A stretch of 63,526 nucleotides of DNA, counting the filler, from Globobulimina sp. (Eukaryota): the NCBI GenBank assembly GCA_003354225.1. It is 21 parts of 21 records of this genome, joined end to end, with 100 filler letters (N's around TTAATTAATTAA, not from the genome) between each part and the next. Parts side by side here need not be neighbours in the genome. Positions count along the whole stretch, not along the records: positions 36,366 to 39,295 come from PIVH01004324.1; positions 39,396 to 42,325 come from PIVH01004325.1; positions 42,426 to 45,355 come from PIVH01004326.1; positions 45,456 to 48,384 come from PIVH01004327.1; positions 48,485 to 51,413 come from PIVH01004328.1; 16 more parts are not named here. One strand, given 5' to 3'. A program made the position numbers and the translations under genes. Positions 36,406 to 50,311 of the stretch are shown piece after piece; position 1 is the stretch's first letter, and each line of letters begins with the position of its first letter. Below the pieces are notes generated by a model. The model did no database searches. It was not told where the DNA came from and saw only the letters and a program-made list of their open reading frames with translations.

Positions 36406-38521
36406 ATGACAACATTCAACAACTTACGACACAGTCTCGATAAATTAGCATCACTCTCTTCCACCATCCACTACAGAACAAAACCAGATATCGATCCTAT
36501 TTGTGTTCTCCCAGATTATGACTTTGATTTTCATTTTATGCCAAATTTTTATTGTCCATCAATGGACGCAAACCTATATTGTGACAAACAACAACAACTA
36601 CAATATTTGCAACAATTTTATAGTTCAACAAATGGTGACAATTGGTTCAATAATAAGGGCTGGCTAAGCAATACCACGTATTGTCAATGGCATGGTATAT
36701 ATTGTTGTAATACGTCATATCCTCACTATCAAACATGTATTAATATGATTTGGTTGGATAATAACAACTTAAATGGACCATTGCCGCCATGGCCAAATTC
36801 CACTGTGTTCACAGTTTTCAGTGCGTCATATAATAATTTAAGCGGAAGCATACCTAATTATCATGAAAGTGTCCCGAATTTATCATTATTTGCCATCAAC
36901 GCAGATGAGCCAGAATTGGGATTTATGTCTGGCGGATTCCCCGAGTTTCCTAAATCAAATTGTACCGCTTTATTCGATACACATAATCAGCCAAATATCG
37001 GCGGAACTATCCCTGAATGGAACGAACCATTGCAATATATTTTGCTTCTTTTTTTGAGCCAAAATAATTTAATGGGAACTTTACCATCATGGAGTAAATG
37101 GATATGGCCAAATAAAATTTCATTAGAACGGGATAACGGGAAATTGAGTGGCACCATACCTGAGTTTACAAACGCAAAATGTCCAACTTTAGATAAATTG
37201 TATTTGTATGATTTAGGATTAACAGGTATTCAAATATGTGCACAGTACTTTACATAATAATTCACAGAACTTCTTGATGAACAACACTTGACATTTAATC
37301 AAAACAGGATCAGTGCCCATGTTACCGCCTCAAACAATAGATCCAAAGCATGGAGTCTCCATATTTCTGCATGGGAATAAATTCACAGGCGAATTTCCAT
37401 GGGACTCGCTGAATCGTGTCAGTTTTCTGACTTTGAATGATAATGAATTTGTTGGGGAAATCGAGTTGGAACATTTGAAGCATTTAATTGCAATCAATAT
37501 CACCAACAACAAATTCAATGGAATGTTCCCATGTTTAATGGACAACAATCGATTGCATTTAATTGACGCGCGATTTAACAAGTTTTCGTCTATAGCCACT
37601 GCTAAAGATTTAAAGTGTGAGTCATGGCCAGATGCTCCGTACACAAATATATATGAAAGAGGTCTTGGAATTGTATCATTTGCCCCTAAAAATGAGGTGA
37701 TGGATTATTTAATTACTCCCTTATTAATGGGAATTGTATTATTCATCACTTATTTGTTTGGAATCATATATATTTCCTGCAAACGAGGTCATGCGTTATA
37801 TATTTCAATTAAAGACTACAAAGATTACAAAACAAAGAATTCCAAAGAGCAAATATTGTACATTATGCAACAAAGTATTCTGTTTCTATTCGTATTATGT
37901 ATAATTGGTATATTCCTCGCAGTATTTTATAAAAAAGGCGCCAATTTTGTTACTTGTGGCTATGACAGTTTGCAAGCGACATTAACTTATTTAGGCACAC
38001 AGAATGAATTAGGATACGATGATTGGACTCATTTATCACTGGCCTGTTTTGCTGTATATTCAATGATATGCACTTCGTTTGTGGCAAGATTGAGATATTT
38101 AACACAATGGTTTGGGGAAAATGATCCTTTGCAACATGAGAAAGAAGATATTTTATTAGAACATAGTATTAATGAAAGAAGCAATATTCAAAATGACAGC
38201 ATCTCTGAAAATGGCAGTGATGTTTTGAATGTCACATTGTCTCAAAATGCAGGTTTTTGCGGCTATATTAAATTGTGGATGAAATGTACACTTTATTTGA
38301 CCATATTGGTAATGCCTATGTTTGCATATAATGCGTATCATTCGATTCCCAATACGTACACAAAAATAGCATTTATGAATAGCACGACTTTTAAATATTT
38401 TGTGTGGTATTTTTTACCGTCAATATTAGCAGTTGCTAAATTCTTCGGTATTCCTTTGATGATCGATGATGTGTTGGATTTGTTGAGACAAATTGGAGTC
38501 AAACGATATCAACATATATAG
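36406..38521 (+). CDS. LRR-containing multi-pass membrane (receptor-like) protein; intron 37226-37307
   Basis: LRRNT cap (FYSSTNGDNW…YCQWHGIYC), plant-type LxxNNLxGxLP repeats, then several TM helices. Confidence 0.85.
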
Positions 38522-38794
38522 AGGGGGCAACACAGTAGCATTGCGGGTCGATAGACCCAGAGGCAAGAAGCCCAGAAGCAAGAAGTAAGGAGACAAGAAG
38601 AACAGCGGCAAGAACCTTGGAGGCTGTAAGCATAAAAAAAAACATTTTAGGTTTTCTTCAGAACTTCAAAGTTTCTATGCTTTTCTTGGAAAATGTTTCT
38701 ATAATTATCTGCAAAACAATTTAAAATAATAAAAAACATACAAGTCATTCAAAACAAATGTCTTGTATATTTTCATACTGACAAAAATTATATT

Positions 38795-39283
38795 TTATAA
38801 ATCTATATCATCAACAACCATATCATCATTTTCTTGTATCATTACTTCTTCTTCATTTTCATCTAGCCAAATAATCCAACATTTGTTGCAAAAAAAAACA
38901 TCACATGGATCTATGTTTCCTTCTTGACAAATACTCATGCAACCATAGCAATTTTCCTTTGATTTTGATAAAGAACCACTTCTGAAAGCTTTACAAACAT
39001 CTTGTATTGATATATATACATCTTTCACAACGTTCCAACAATTACATCTATATTGAAAATATTGACAACAAGTAAAAGATATACTTGAAGCATTCATATA
39101 ACTTTTACATTGTTCAATTGGATGATTTAAATCAATCCTATAATTACTAAAATTTGGACATGAACTCCAATATTTAGAAAGAAAAAAATTTTCAAAATAT
39201 TGAAGCCTTTTATCTTTCCCCATTTGTTCCATGAAAGAAGATACTTTTGTGCAGGAAAATATTTTATCTACACCGTTTATCAA
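38795..39283 (-). CDS. Hypothetical protein with C-terminal CxxC…CxxC (possible Zn finger), 5'-partial
   Basis: CYGC…CNKC followed by an acidic tail. Confidence 0.4.
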   Translation of the reverse strand: MINGVDKIFSCTKVSSFMEQMGKDKRLQYFENFFLSKYWSSCPNFSNYRIDLNHPIEQCKSYMNASSISFTCCQYFQYRCNCWNVVKDVYISIQDVCKAFRSGSLSKSKENCYGCMSICQEGNIDPCDVFFCNKCWIIWLDENEEEVMIQENDDMVVDDIDL

Positions 39284-40177
39284 TACTAAATCTTCNNNNN
39301 NNNNNNNNNNNNNNNNNNNNNNNNNNNNNNNNNNNNNNNTTAATTAATTAANNNNNNNNNNNNNNNNNNNNNNNNNNNNNNNNNNNNNNNNNNNNATAAG
39401 TGTGAGATTATTGTGTCTTAATCTCTCCCTCGCAGATATCAGCCCTGCTTCAATGAAGGTAAATAAGTATCCATCAACTGATCAATTTTTTGTTTTGAAT
39501 CTTTTGAGATTTTTTGTTTTGAAAAAATTGATTAGGCATTTTTGCTTTATCGTAAAAATGCCTATTGATCCCTGTCATTTTCATATTTTCCACTCCAAAA
39601 ATCAGTCGTTTCAACACATTCCAGAGCAAAATCAAAATCAAAACATCCAGATAAGAATATATCAATATATGAATAATATGATCGAGGTTTATTTAATAAC
39701 CGTAATATGGTAGCGTTTGTTGAGTGCTGTGGTAGATTCATTTTGGTGCTAGTTCCGATTGCTGGACTGGTTTCGAATGAAAAACCATAATAGTTTACGA
39801 TATATTCCAAAAGATGTTCTGACTTTGTACATGTTCTGGATTTGCAATTAAGCCCAAGATAAAGTTATAACAAATACAGAACAAACCTATAGCAAACCGT
39901 TTCTGGATTTGCAAAGCGTTTCTCAGATAATTGGTTATCTTTTGAAATATATGGTTGACCCATAGTATAATATTTCACTGATTACAAACTCAATAATCAA
40001 CACATGCAATGTTCAATACGTACGTAAACAGCAAATATTGAATACAAATAAAATAAAATTAAATTACCCACAAACTAAAAAAAACACATAACAGCAAACA
40101 CAAACTAAAAACACATAACATAAATAATTATAAGTAAACCACAAAATAAAAAATAAAAAACATAAAAACAAGCCAGG

Positions 40178-41864
40178 TCAATGATGATTTCTTGTCTTAG
40201 TCTTTGACTGTACTCTTTTCCTTAATTGTTGCGAATATTTAAATCTTTTTTTCAAATCCTTTTTATTCGATTCATCAATTTGTTGAACTGTAAATATTTG
40301 TTTATTACCGTTTTTATCTTGGTATAAAATGATAGATTTTAAATCTTGAAATATTAATTTCGAAGAATCTGCAAAATTTACTTGCGTCGTATCATTTGTT
40401 AAGCAAAATAGCATCGCATTTTTTTCTTTTAGATATTTTCCAACATAAACCTTATCCTCGTTGTTATTTATAAATGTAGATTTTTTTGATAATTTGTCTT
40501 GGATTTTTTCAATTTCTAAGTTATTTGCTTCAGATTTTTTCCATAAATAATCGGTAAAATATTGTAATAGTTTTACTTTTTTAGCAATCTCACTTGGAAA
40601 GTTAGTAAATGAACAATATGTAATATTATTTTTAGCGTCAATATATGTCACACTATCCTTATTACGATGCAATGTCATTTTTGTTGAATCATTAAAATAA
40701 ATTCCGGTAAATCCATTACTTAAAATGTAACCAACTCCGTATTTTTTTGAGTAATCGCAATGTTTCACCACAAAAATAGAATCATTGTTTTTTGTGATTG
40801 CTGTACATGTTTTTTTTGATGGCAACCCATCAAATTCATTATAAATGTTAACGTTTATTTTTGGTTGGTTGCTAAATGCGTTTATATTCATTTTATTTTC
40901 AAATGGTTTCCTATCTAAAATAGACAATGGTAATTGTTTAGGAATACATGTTTTTGTGAAAAAGTCATGTTCTTCAATTTCAGATAGATTTGGTCTTTGC
41001 GACGGATCAATATTTAATATTTTTGATACTAAATCTTTTGCAGAAAATGATATATTTGTTTCGGGATTACTTGGCCATTTATAATTTATTTTTTTTATTC
41101 GCCGATACGTTTCTTGAATATTTCTCGTTTCAAATGGTGGCTTTCCAGTTAATAATGTAAACTGTATACAAATGTTGCGTTTTATTGACAAAATATAAAG
41201 AGAATATTAATAAACATACCATAATCACACCCAATGACCAAATATCCACTTCATACGAATGTCCTTGACCTAATCTTTTTTGATTTAGCACTTCCGGTGC
41301 AATATAATTTGGAGTGCCGCAGATTGTGGTTTTCCGAGCACCGGAATGTTCGACGAGTGTTGCTAGCCCAAAATCACATATTTTAAGAGTTAAGTTTTTA
41401 TCCAATAATAGATTCCCTAATTTTAAGTCTCTGTGAATCACATTTTGTTTATGCAAAAACGTAACACCATTTAGGAGTTGTTTCATAAAATATCGTACTT
41501 CACGTTCGGTTAAGGTGTGTCTGGTACGAATTAATTCCATCAAACTTTGATTAGTACACATTTCTAATATTAAATACACATTATGTTCATCATCAAAATA
41601 TCTTTCAAAGGTTACAATATTATCATGCTTATCGAATGATCGATGTAATCTTATTTCTGAGATTAATTTTTGTTGATGTTCCTTGCGTTTCAATATTGAT
41701 TTATTTATTACCTTACATGCATATAATTTGCGTGAATCTACTGATTCCACACTGTAGACACTTGCAAATCCACCGACACCCAAACGACGTCCAGTTAAAT
41801 ATTTTTTAATATGATTGTGATATTTACAACAAATAATTGCTGGCGGGGCTTGTTTCATTTTCAT
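40178..41864 (-). CDS. PLK1: Polo-like kinase; intron 41162-41219
   Basis: GVGGFASVY, HRDLKLGN, DFG, TICGTPNYIAPE and GHSYEVDIWS, plus two polo boxes (DYSKKYGVGYILSNG…FNDSTKM; TTQVNFADSSKL). Confidence 0.96.
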
Positions 41865-41953
41865 TTGTAAACATCAAGAAACGGAATTAGTATCTTATAA
41901 CAACAACGAACGGATCAACTGAAACAGGTTTTGGAAAACTTTTTTCTTTCAGC

Positions 41954-42325
41954 ATGGGTTCCTTTAAAATGTTGAAAAATATTTTTTGCATATTGTCTAT
42001 TGTTATTGCCACTTATATCACAATAGCATCTACAACAGAATTAGAGGCATCTGAATTTCACAGAGATCAAACACGTAAACTTTTAATTGAAACAATAACA
42101 TCAAATATTCCATCAGACAAATATATATTCACTGCAACCATTATAAGCAAATCACAAGCATTCATTTCACAGTCATCGCATGTTTTGCATCAAGAACGAC
42201 GCGACACAATCGCTCTCGCATTATTACAATATCTCAAACAACATGCGCATACATCTGAAATTCAGGAAATAACAATCGATTTACTACCAACAGGGTATCT
42301 GTTACAAAACACTTATTATCTAATT
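41954..42325 (+). CDS. Secreted or membrane protein, 3'-partial
   Basis: N-terminal hydrophobic signal; the ORF is open to the contig end. Confidence 0.5.
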
Positions 42326-45300
42326 NNNNNNNNNNNNNNNNNNNNNNNNNNNNNNNNNNNNNNNNNNNNTTAATTAATTAANNNNNNNNNNNNNNNNNNN
42401 NNNNNNNNNNNNNNNNNNNNNNNNNTGTTGGTCTAGTATCCTTCCTTTTCCATGGTTCCATTTTTATGGTTATTAATATCCTTCCTTTTTGGTGGTACGA
42501 AATATTAAAGGACTATCTCTGCGCGCAAGCGCATTTTGCACTAAAGAATACATATAATATGTTTTAGTTTTGTTATAATATACATTCCTTCTTGTGCGAT
42601 CATAGCAACTCCAACTTTCAGCGGCGAGTGAATCTACATAATGTACATTGGGATGGTTGGAAATTGGAACATTTCTTGTTATACTGTATGAATTCAAATT
42701 TTGACATCAAGGCGACGCCGGATTACATACTTGTTTCCAGTAATAATGCTTTACTATGGATTAAGTATGAAAACTACACCGTTTTTTAAACCATATCATG
42801 TTTACTTTAAAAGCATCCCATAATTTTGATTCAATGGACAGTGTCACAATCACCATCCGTGTTGACTTTTAGAACAAAATGTGTTGCTTTACTTTTTTAC
42901 CGTTTTACCCGACTGTAGTTATGTACGTACAGTACATACATACATACACCAAGTATATGATGACATTTTATATTTGTATGTTTAGTTTTAATGAATGATG
43001 TGTACGACTCCAGAGTATGGAATCATTATTGAATTTGTGTACATACAGTACACGCATCACTATCACCTGTCACACACATAAGTAATTTTTTTGGACCTCT
43101 AATCGATGTATGTGCTGTATCTGTATGTAAATGTTGTACACCACATTTAATATGTGCATACTGCACACATTTTGCTTTGTATATATGTATGTATATGTAT
43201 GTATGTGTACCTTCTACTGATAAAATGGACTACTGGTAAAAAATTTATCTTGTTTTTCTACTATTTGTGCGATACCACAAAAAAAGCAGGGGTAGTAAAT
43301 CCCTCTAAGTTTACTTACAGTATATTGTACATGAATTACTGTATTGTATACAGTACTGTTAGTATTTAAATTTTTGTAGCATCAAAGTCCGACGTTAAAA
43401 TGACGAGTTCTGTTGATACTGCCAGCGAGTTAGAAATATATTGTCCTCTGCAAATGGAAAGCGACGAACCTGCACCGACAATGAACACTAGACAGACAAG
43501 ACCGGAAAATGTTGCAGGACAAAATGGCGGTGACAATAAAGAAAATGAACCAACATGTCCAAAAGAAAATGTCCAAACTCATGAACCTTTTCTGCCGAAA
43601 CTAAAACGACCAGTTCTGAGGACATATGACCATCCGTTCAGAGCAGAAGCAAGACATTGTGAAATAGAGCTGGCAAAGGTGATGTTACATTATTTTCCAT
43701 AAAAAACTTTTTATTAAACATGACTTGATTTTCCCAAATTTAAACCAAAATTATTTCCTGTTGTAGATCACTGTAAATCGTCGGACACAACATATTAATA
43801 AACTGATGTTCAAACAAGCATCGCCGCCATACATTAGACGTTGTCCAAAAGAGGAAGAAAAGTTGTAAATGTTGGAGGTCAGCACAAATGACGTTACAAG
43901 AATAACATCGAGCAAGCAGAGTCAAATAGTACAATATGTATGTGTACATACAAATACAGTTTGTATCTGATCTGATGACGTTATACAAATAACATCACAA
44001 AAAGTATTATTTAGTTGTTGTACTGTATTTTGTTTCATTTTTAATCACAAATATTATATGGTGCAGTTGTACAATATTCAGTGTAGTTACTGTCTTATTT
44101 TTATTTTACTTTTTACAATATTATGTATTTATAAATTGTGTAAACTACATACCAGCTGTCTTTCCCTATGTAAATATGACAATAGGTACGTAGGTACTGT
44201 ACTGTATGCATACATAAACACTGGTACACTTTTAATTTTCTGTATTATATTGATTTTGAATCTAATCTAATGTTATATATCTAATCGAATAAATTTTGAA
44301 TGAAGTTCCTAGTACTTCCTGACTTACTCTTTTGTTGTTCGTTCAAAATCCTCATACCTTTACTTTTCTTTATAGATTTTCGTGAAGAGTTTTATGCACA
44401 AAAGCGTAACGCGTAGAATATGTTATAATACTGTAATGTCATTATCATCACGACTTTTTCTAATTTGTGCTAGGACAACAAAAATCCGTCCCCTCACTTT
44501 CCATTGGTGCGGTTTGTCGTGTGCGTGTGCAGTCCAGTGGTAGTTTAAAATTTGGCTCTTTTTAATTAAAACGTATTATTCTGTAAACAAAATGTTTGGC
44601 TCTGGTCACACTAATCGATGTGCTCCTATGAAATTAACTCTATGTAAGTTTTGGTTGGTTTATGATTGATGTCCGTTTATTTTGTCCACACCATACACAG
44701 TTATGTATCGTAAAAGTGTTAATAGCTAGTCGAGAATAATTTTTCGTGAAAAAAATAGTATACCAACGTGTTCCTCGTGAAATTCGGCTCTAGAGGCATA
44801 TCTTTATATAACAACTCAAAATTTAATTTGCATTACTATCCAGTCAATGTCATATAGTCATGTTTATATCAGATTGCAATTTTTGAGCATATAAAAATAT
44901 GCCGAAATTGTGATCAGAAAAATGTCTTTAATCTTAATGTCATAAGTTAACATTCAGTCATGAGTCGCCGGTAATCATGGCTTGCGCGACAGCGCACGGC
45001 CATAATATGGTTGAGTTCGGCCAATGCACATTTTTCGTGGTTCTTTCTTTTCTCTTGAACTCGGTTAGAGTTGAGATGAAATGAAAAGTTGTTGTAGTTA
45101 TTGGTCATGGCCCATAGCCTAAGCATACAAAGTTTCATCGCGATCGAAGCATTCGTTCGAAAGTTAGATTCATTATAGACTCTTTCAAATTTTCATCTAC
45201 TTATTTATTTATTTATTTCCTTCCTTCCTTCCATCCGCGCGAGATCTCATGTTTCTAGTGGTCGGACGGCTCTGAAAGTTAGTCCTACCCTAGGGTTTTC

Positions 45301-45964
45301 GGGTATAACTAAGGGAACCATGGAGTTCGTTTTTTCGAATTCCGACCGGAAGTGANNNNNNNNNNNNNNNNNNNNNNNNNNNNNNNNNNNNNNNNNNNNT
45401 TAATTAATTAANNNNNNNNNNNNNNNNNNNNNNNNNNNNNNNNNNNNNNNNNNNNAGATGTTTTAACATTTGTTTAACAGATTTTTTATTTGTTTTATTT
45501 GCTATCCAGAATTCTTTTTGTTGCAATAATATTTTGTTTAACTCATTGGGTGAGAATTGCAATTGTGTACTGCCAAAAAATATTCTTAATTCACTTTCAA
45601 GTTTTTTAAATGCAGTATAATATTCACGCCATAATTCAGAATTAGGATTGTTGATACATTTTGCCAATTTTTGATGCAATTTAAAAGTTTCACGAAGCCA
45701 TGCCATCAGCGGAAAAAAAATGTTTTTTTAGTGGAGTATATTTAGAATTTGTTGGGAAAAACTTGCCGCAGTCAATTGAGAACACAGTTGCAAGATCACC
45801 AGTGTTCATAAATTGGCTATTTAATTTTTGGATAATGCCAATTAATATCTGTTTTAATTTGAATTGAAAAAGAAAATTATTTCCGATGTAACAGAATAAA
45901 CAGATTGTAAAACATTGTGTGATAAGTTAAAGCTGTGCGAGTTTGTTATTGTGTAAATCAGAGG

Positions 45965-46565
45965 TTATTGGCTACTGTTATTAAACCTCATTTTTTTATT
46001 TGGTGGTACATTCCTATTATTATTATCCCAGATATCATTTCTATTCATATCCGTATTATTCACATGATTCGTATCCCAATTATTAAACATTGCAAATGTT
46101 CGTTTCCCCGTTAAATTATTCTTATTATTCTTATCATTTGTACTGTGTTGATTTTGTAGCATTCCATTCCTTACTCTGAACATACAATGTCATCGCATAA
46201 AATAATTACAAATGTTAATCTAAATCAAATCATTCAAATGCAACACTTAACATTGGTGCTGATAAATTTCCAGACATGCATTTCCATTGAACATTATTCA
46301 CAGAAAATGGTTCATTGTTATTATTATACGCATTATTTGAATACGATATAAATAAATGACATGCAACGTTCTTTTTTGTATCTAATTTCTCTAAGATCCA
46401 TACTTTCTGTTTGTAACAAGCGCCGTAGCCTTGATTTATTGTCTGCATTTTCTCAAAGATTTTATGTTTATTGTTAGTATGCTCGTAAACTTGCGGATTA
46501 TTTGATGTTCGATAATAGGTTCCATTACATTCACGTTCACCACATTCTGATACAATTAATGGCAT
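45965..46565 (-). CDS. Hypothetical protein (probably two exons)
   Basis: Adjacent ORFs 46230-46565 and 45965-46183, with an Asn-rich tail and NLS-like PPNKKMRF. Splice sites are not resolved. Confidence 0.45.
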
Positions 46566-46715
46566 ATTGCGATTTATCTGAATATTTGAATGGAAATGTC
46601 TCTTATTTCTTGTATTGATTTTATAAAAAACTTTCTATAAAACTTGACCGAAATCACAAAGCAAAAAGAACAATAACAACACTACCCACTAAAACACCCA
46701 TTAACACAAAAAACG

Positions 46716-48384
46716 ATGGCCGCAGACTCAAAGAAAGAGAGCCAACGTATCATAGGCCGCTGGACCATAGGCGCCACATTAGGCAAAGGCGGCTATTCAT
46801 GGGTCAAACGAGGACAAGACATTAAAACCGGCAAAATCGTAGCCTTAAAATTCATGGAAAAAGCCGACGTTTCGTGGGTCAAAGAGCAAGCAAAACAGGT
46901 CGAGACTGAAATCGAAGCGCTTAAAAATATCCGCCATCAAAACGTGATGAAATTATACGCCTACAATTTAAACGCACAGTATCCATTAGCTCAAGATACC
47001 GATAAAGACGCCCAATCGCAACCGGATGGCCATTCAAAGGCGAAGGATGGCCAGAAATACATCGATACCATCTTATTAGTGTTGGAATACGCACCGGGCG
47101 GCGAGTTATTCGATATCTTATATTACACCTCGGCGCTCAAAGAGACTGTGGCTCGCACCTATTTCAAGCAAGTCGTCAGCGGATTGGAAGCGTGCCACAA
47201 CGCCAATGTGGTGCACCGAGACTTGAAGCCACAGAATTTGTTACTCGACGCCAAGTATAACTTGAAAATCACCGACTTTGGCTTATCCAAAATCATCCAA
47301 TCCGACGCCGACGCCATAATGAAAACGACCTATGTCGGGACGCGGGGGTACCAGGCGCCCGAATTGCTACTTAACCAGAAATACGACTTAAAATGCGACA
47401 TTTTCAGCGTCGGCGTGATTTTATTCATCTTAATGGCTGGCTGTTGAGTACTGCATATTTTTTTATTTATTTGTTGCAATCTGAAAGCTGCACATTTTAT
47501 AATACGAAAAATCTACAGATCCGCCCTTCGAGCAAGCAACGAAAAGCGACAAATGGTTCAAACCGTTGATCAAAGGAAATATCGATAAATTCTGGAAAGC
47601 GCATCAAAAATCGCCCATTGCTCAGATCCCAGAGGCCAAGGATTTGTTGACTCGGATGTTGTGCTTCGACCCCAAGCGCCGCATTGATATGAACGGCATT
47701 AAGAGCCATCAATGGATGCAAGGCCCCACGTTGAAGCAGAAGGAGTTGATCACAGAGATCCGGGATCGGCATCGCAAGGCAGAGAAGAAACGCAGACAGG
47801 ATGTGCGTAAAATGAATGATTTGGCCCAATCGTTGAATCCAAATAAGCCAATCCCCGGCATTGAAAAGGCGAAATTGAAGCTGTTCCCGCTCGGATTGGT
47901 CGAGTGTATGTTCGGCGAAGCTTATACGTATTTGGAGCAGAAACAGAAATGGTATGATTTGTACAATATGTTAGAAGAAGCCATTACGGGTAAAGGCAAA
48001 GGTTCCGCTGAGTTCAATTTCGAGAAAGGCATCGTATGTAACTTGCATTCCATGCATACGCAAATTCGCACATTTTCTTTTTTGTTGGAGATAAAATGAA
48101 TATGTGTGCAAGGATGGGGATATATATATTTTTTTTGTTGTTGATGTACAGTTGGAATGTGAAATGAGTGTAATTCGCAATGCGACGGCGGAAGAAGAGA
48201 AAGAGCAAAAAACGGCGCAAGATACGATTAAATTTAGCATAGAAATCTGTGAATCGCGGGTCTGGAAAGGCAGGTTTTCCGAATTAGAGAAATCCGAAGA
48301 GATTATGGAGAATAATGAACATGAGATATATATCGTGCGTATCACGCGCAGTGAAGGGGATACGTTGCTTTTTAATAAATTGAA
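46716..48384 (+). CDS. CAMK-group (SNF1/CIPK-like) Ser/Thr kinase; introns 47443-47518 and 48034-48151; 3'-partial
   Basis: LGKGGYSWV, VALK, HRDLKPQN, DFG, GTRGYQAPE; spliced AGYPPF; possible KA1-like tail (IVRITRSEGDTLLF). Confidence 0.93.
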
Positions 48385-48645
48385 NNNNNNNNNNNNNNNN
48401 NNNNNNNNNNNNNNNNNNNNNNNNNNNNTTAATTAATTAANNNNNNNNNNNNNNNNNNNNNNNNNNNNNNNNNNNNNNNNNNNNACTGTAATGTGCTGCT
48501 TTCTATTCTATTTGCCAGTTTTTCTAACCTTCTGCTTTTGGACATTCTTCTTAAGTAAGGATTAATTTACTGCCTTTTGGTAAAATACGTTTAGATAACT
48601 AGTAAAGTTAAAAACCACAAGAAACGAAAATACAAAAATGTCACT

Positions 48646-49942
48646 TTAAATTTTGCCAATTATTATTCGTGTTTCATAATATCCAGGATACATTTCAAGA
48701 ATTTCTTCATCTTTATCGAAATAATTTGAATTAAATAATAAGGGATTCTTAATATATTTTGGAGGATTGGCATCATGAACATGTAAACATTGATTATATT
48801 TATTATATCCCCATAAATAATATTTGTTATCCGCTGTTTTTATAATATTATGATGTCCTCCACATTTAATATCAATAATTGTTTGCTTTTTTAATGTTTC
48901 ATTTGGTTGTGGTAAATATACAGATTTAGTTGAACCATTGCCACATTGATACACTGCATTCATTCCAAAACAATATATCTTATTTATGTATTAAAATGTA
49001 TCTGTAAAAATAAATAAACACAAAAAGATCAAAACTTTGTTATTTAATGATAATAATAAATTATGTGCTTCACCACAACATATTTTACCAATTTTAATAT
49101 TGTTTTGAATAAAATATTGTATTCTTGTTGGTGAATATCTATTATTATCATCTCCATGACCTAACCTACCATATTTACCATGTCCCCACGACCAAACACC
49201 ATAATTATCATCAATTGCTAAGGTATGAGAACCTCCACAATATATATCCTTAAATTTTATTTTTATTTGAATTTCTTGAATATTTGGTGATGATACAATA
49301 TCTTTACCTAATCCACAACCGGTACCCGCAATATATACTTTACCATTTGTTGTTAAAAAGGTTGTACAACACGTTGATGTGGCTACTTTTTGAATCGATA
49401 ATGGTGTATTAATTAGTGTCCATTTATTATTTATTATTATATTCATTTGTTTCTAAACCAAATTGATTCTCATTATTCCATCCGACCGCATATAATTTAT
49501 CCTCATTTGAAATACAAAATGAATGATGTGATCCATTTGGTGCTGAAAATACATTTTTTATTTTCATATCTTTCATTTGATGCCATATATTAATATTATT
49601 ATAATGTCCAACACCTAATACACCCTTTTTATTATAGCCACAACATTCATACGTTTTATCGTCAAATAAAATATAGGCTGCTACGCAGTTACCACAAGTA
49701 ACAATATTTTTTATTTCTTTTTTAAATGTTTTTATTTTTGTGATTGTTTTAATATCTTTATTTCCTCCATTTCCTTGCTGTCCACATCTGTTTTGACCAA
49801 TAGAATATAGCAGCAATAGAAAATAATAATGGAATGTATGGATGATACTAATAATATCTGTATGGATGTATTGAGTCCTGTATTTTCTAACGTATCCACT
49901 TACTAATAATTGTGACCTGCTTTTCCTGACAGGACGGTTCAT
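48646..49942 (-). CDS. RCC1-repeat protein; intron 48979-49035; frameshift near 49430
   Basis: IYCGGSHTLAID…VWSWGHGKYGRLGHGD, ICCGEAHNLLL and IKCGGHHNII RCC1 blades. Confidence 0.88.
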
Positions 49943-50311
49943 TTTTAATTCCTAATTAGTTAAAGATGGTAAAAATCTTAATTCTGAATAATGAACGTTA
50001 ACACCAATCTAGATTTTCATGAACAAAGCAGGAAACCCTAGCTCGTGCTGCAGTGTTGGTACGTTGTGAGACTCTGAAACGCCTTTCGAAGTTGGAATAA
50101 TTTGTATTTTTAGTCAAAACAAATGTGGGAATTTCATCTTTTTTTTGCAATATTTCTTCAGAATCCAAAATAATGGGTAAACCCTTTCGAAAAACGCCGT
50201 AATACTGATACCTCTTTGAATCTCATAATGAGATGAGATTATCATTGTGTTATATTAATTTATACGCAGTTTAGCATAAAAATACAAAACAAAAACATGA
50301 ATTAACACATT

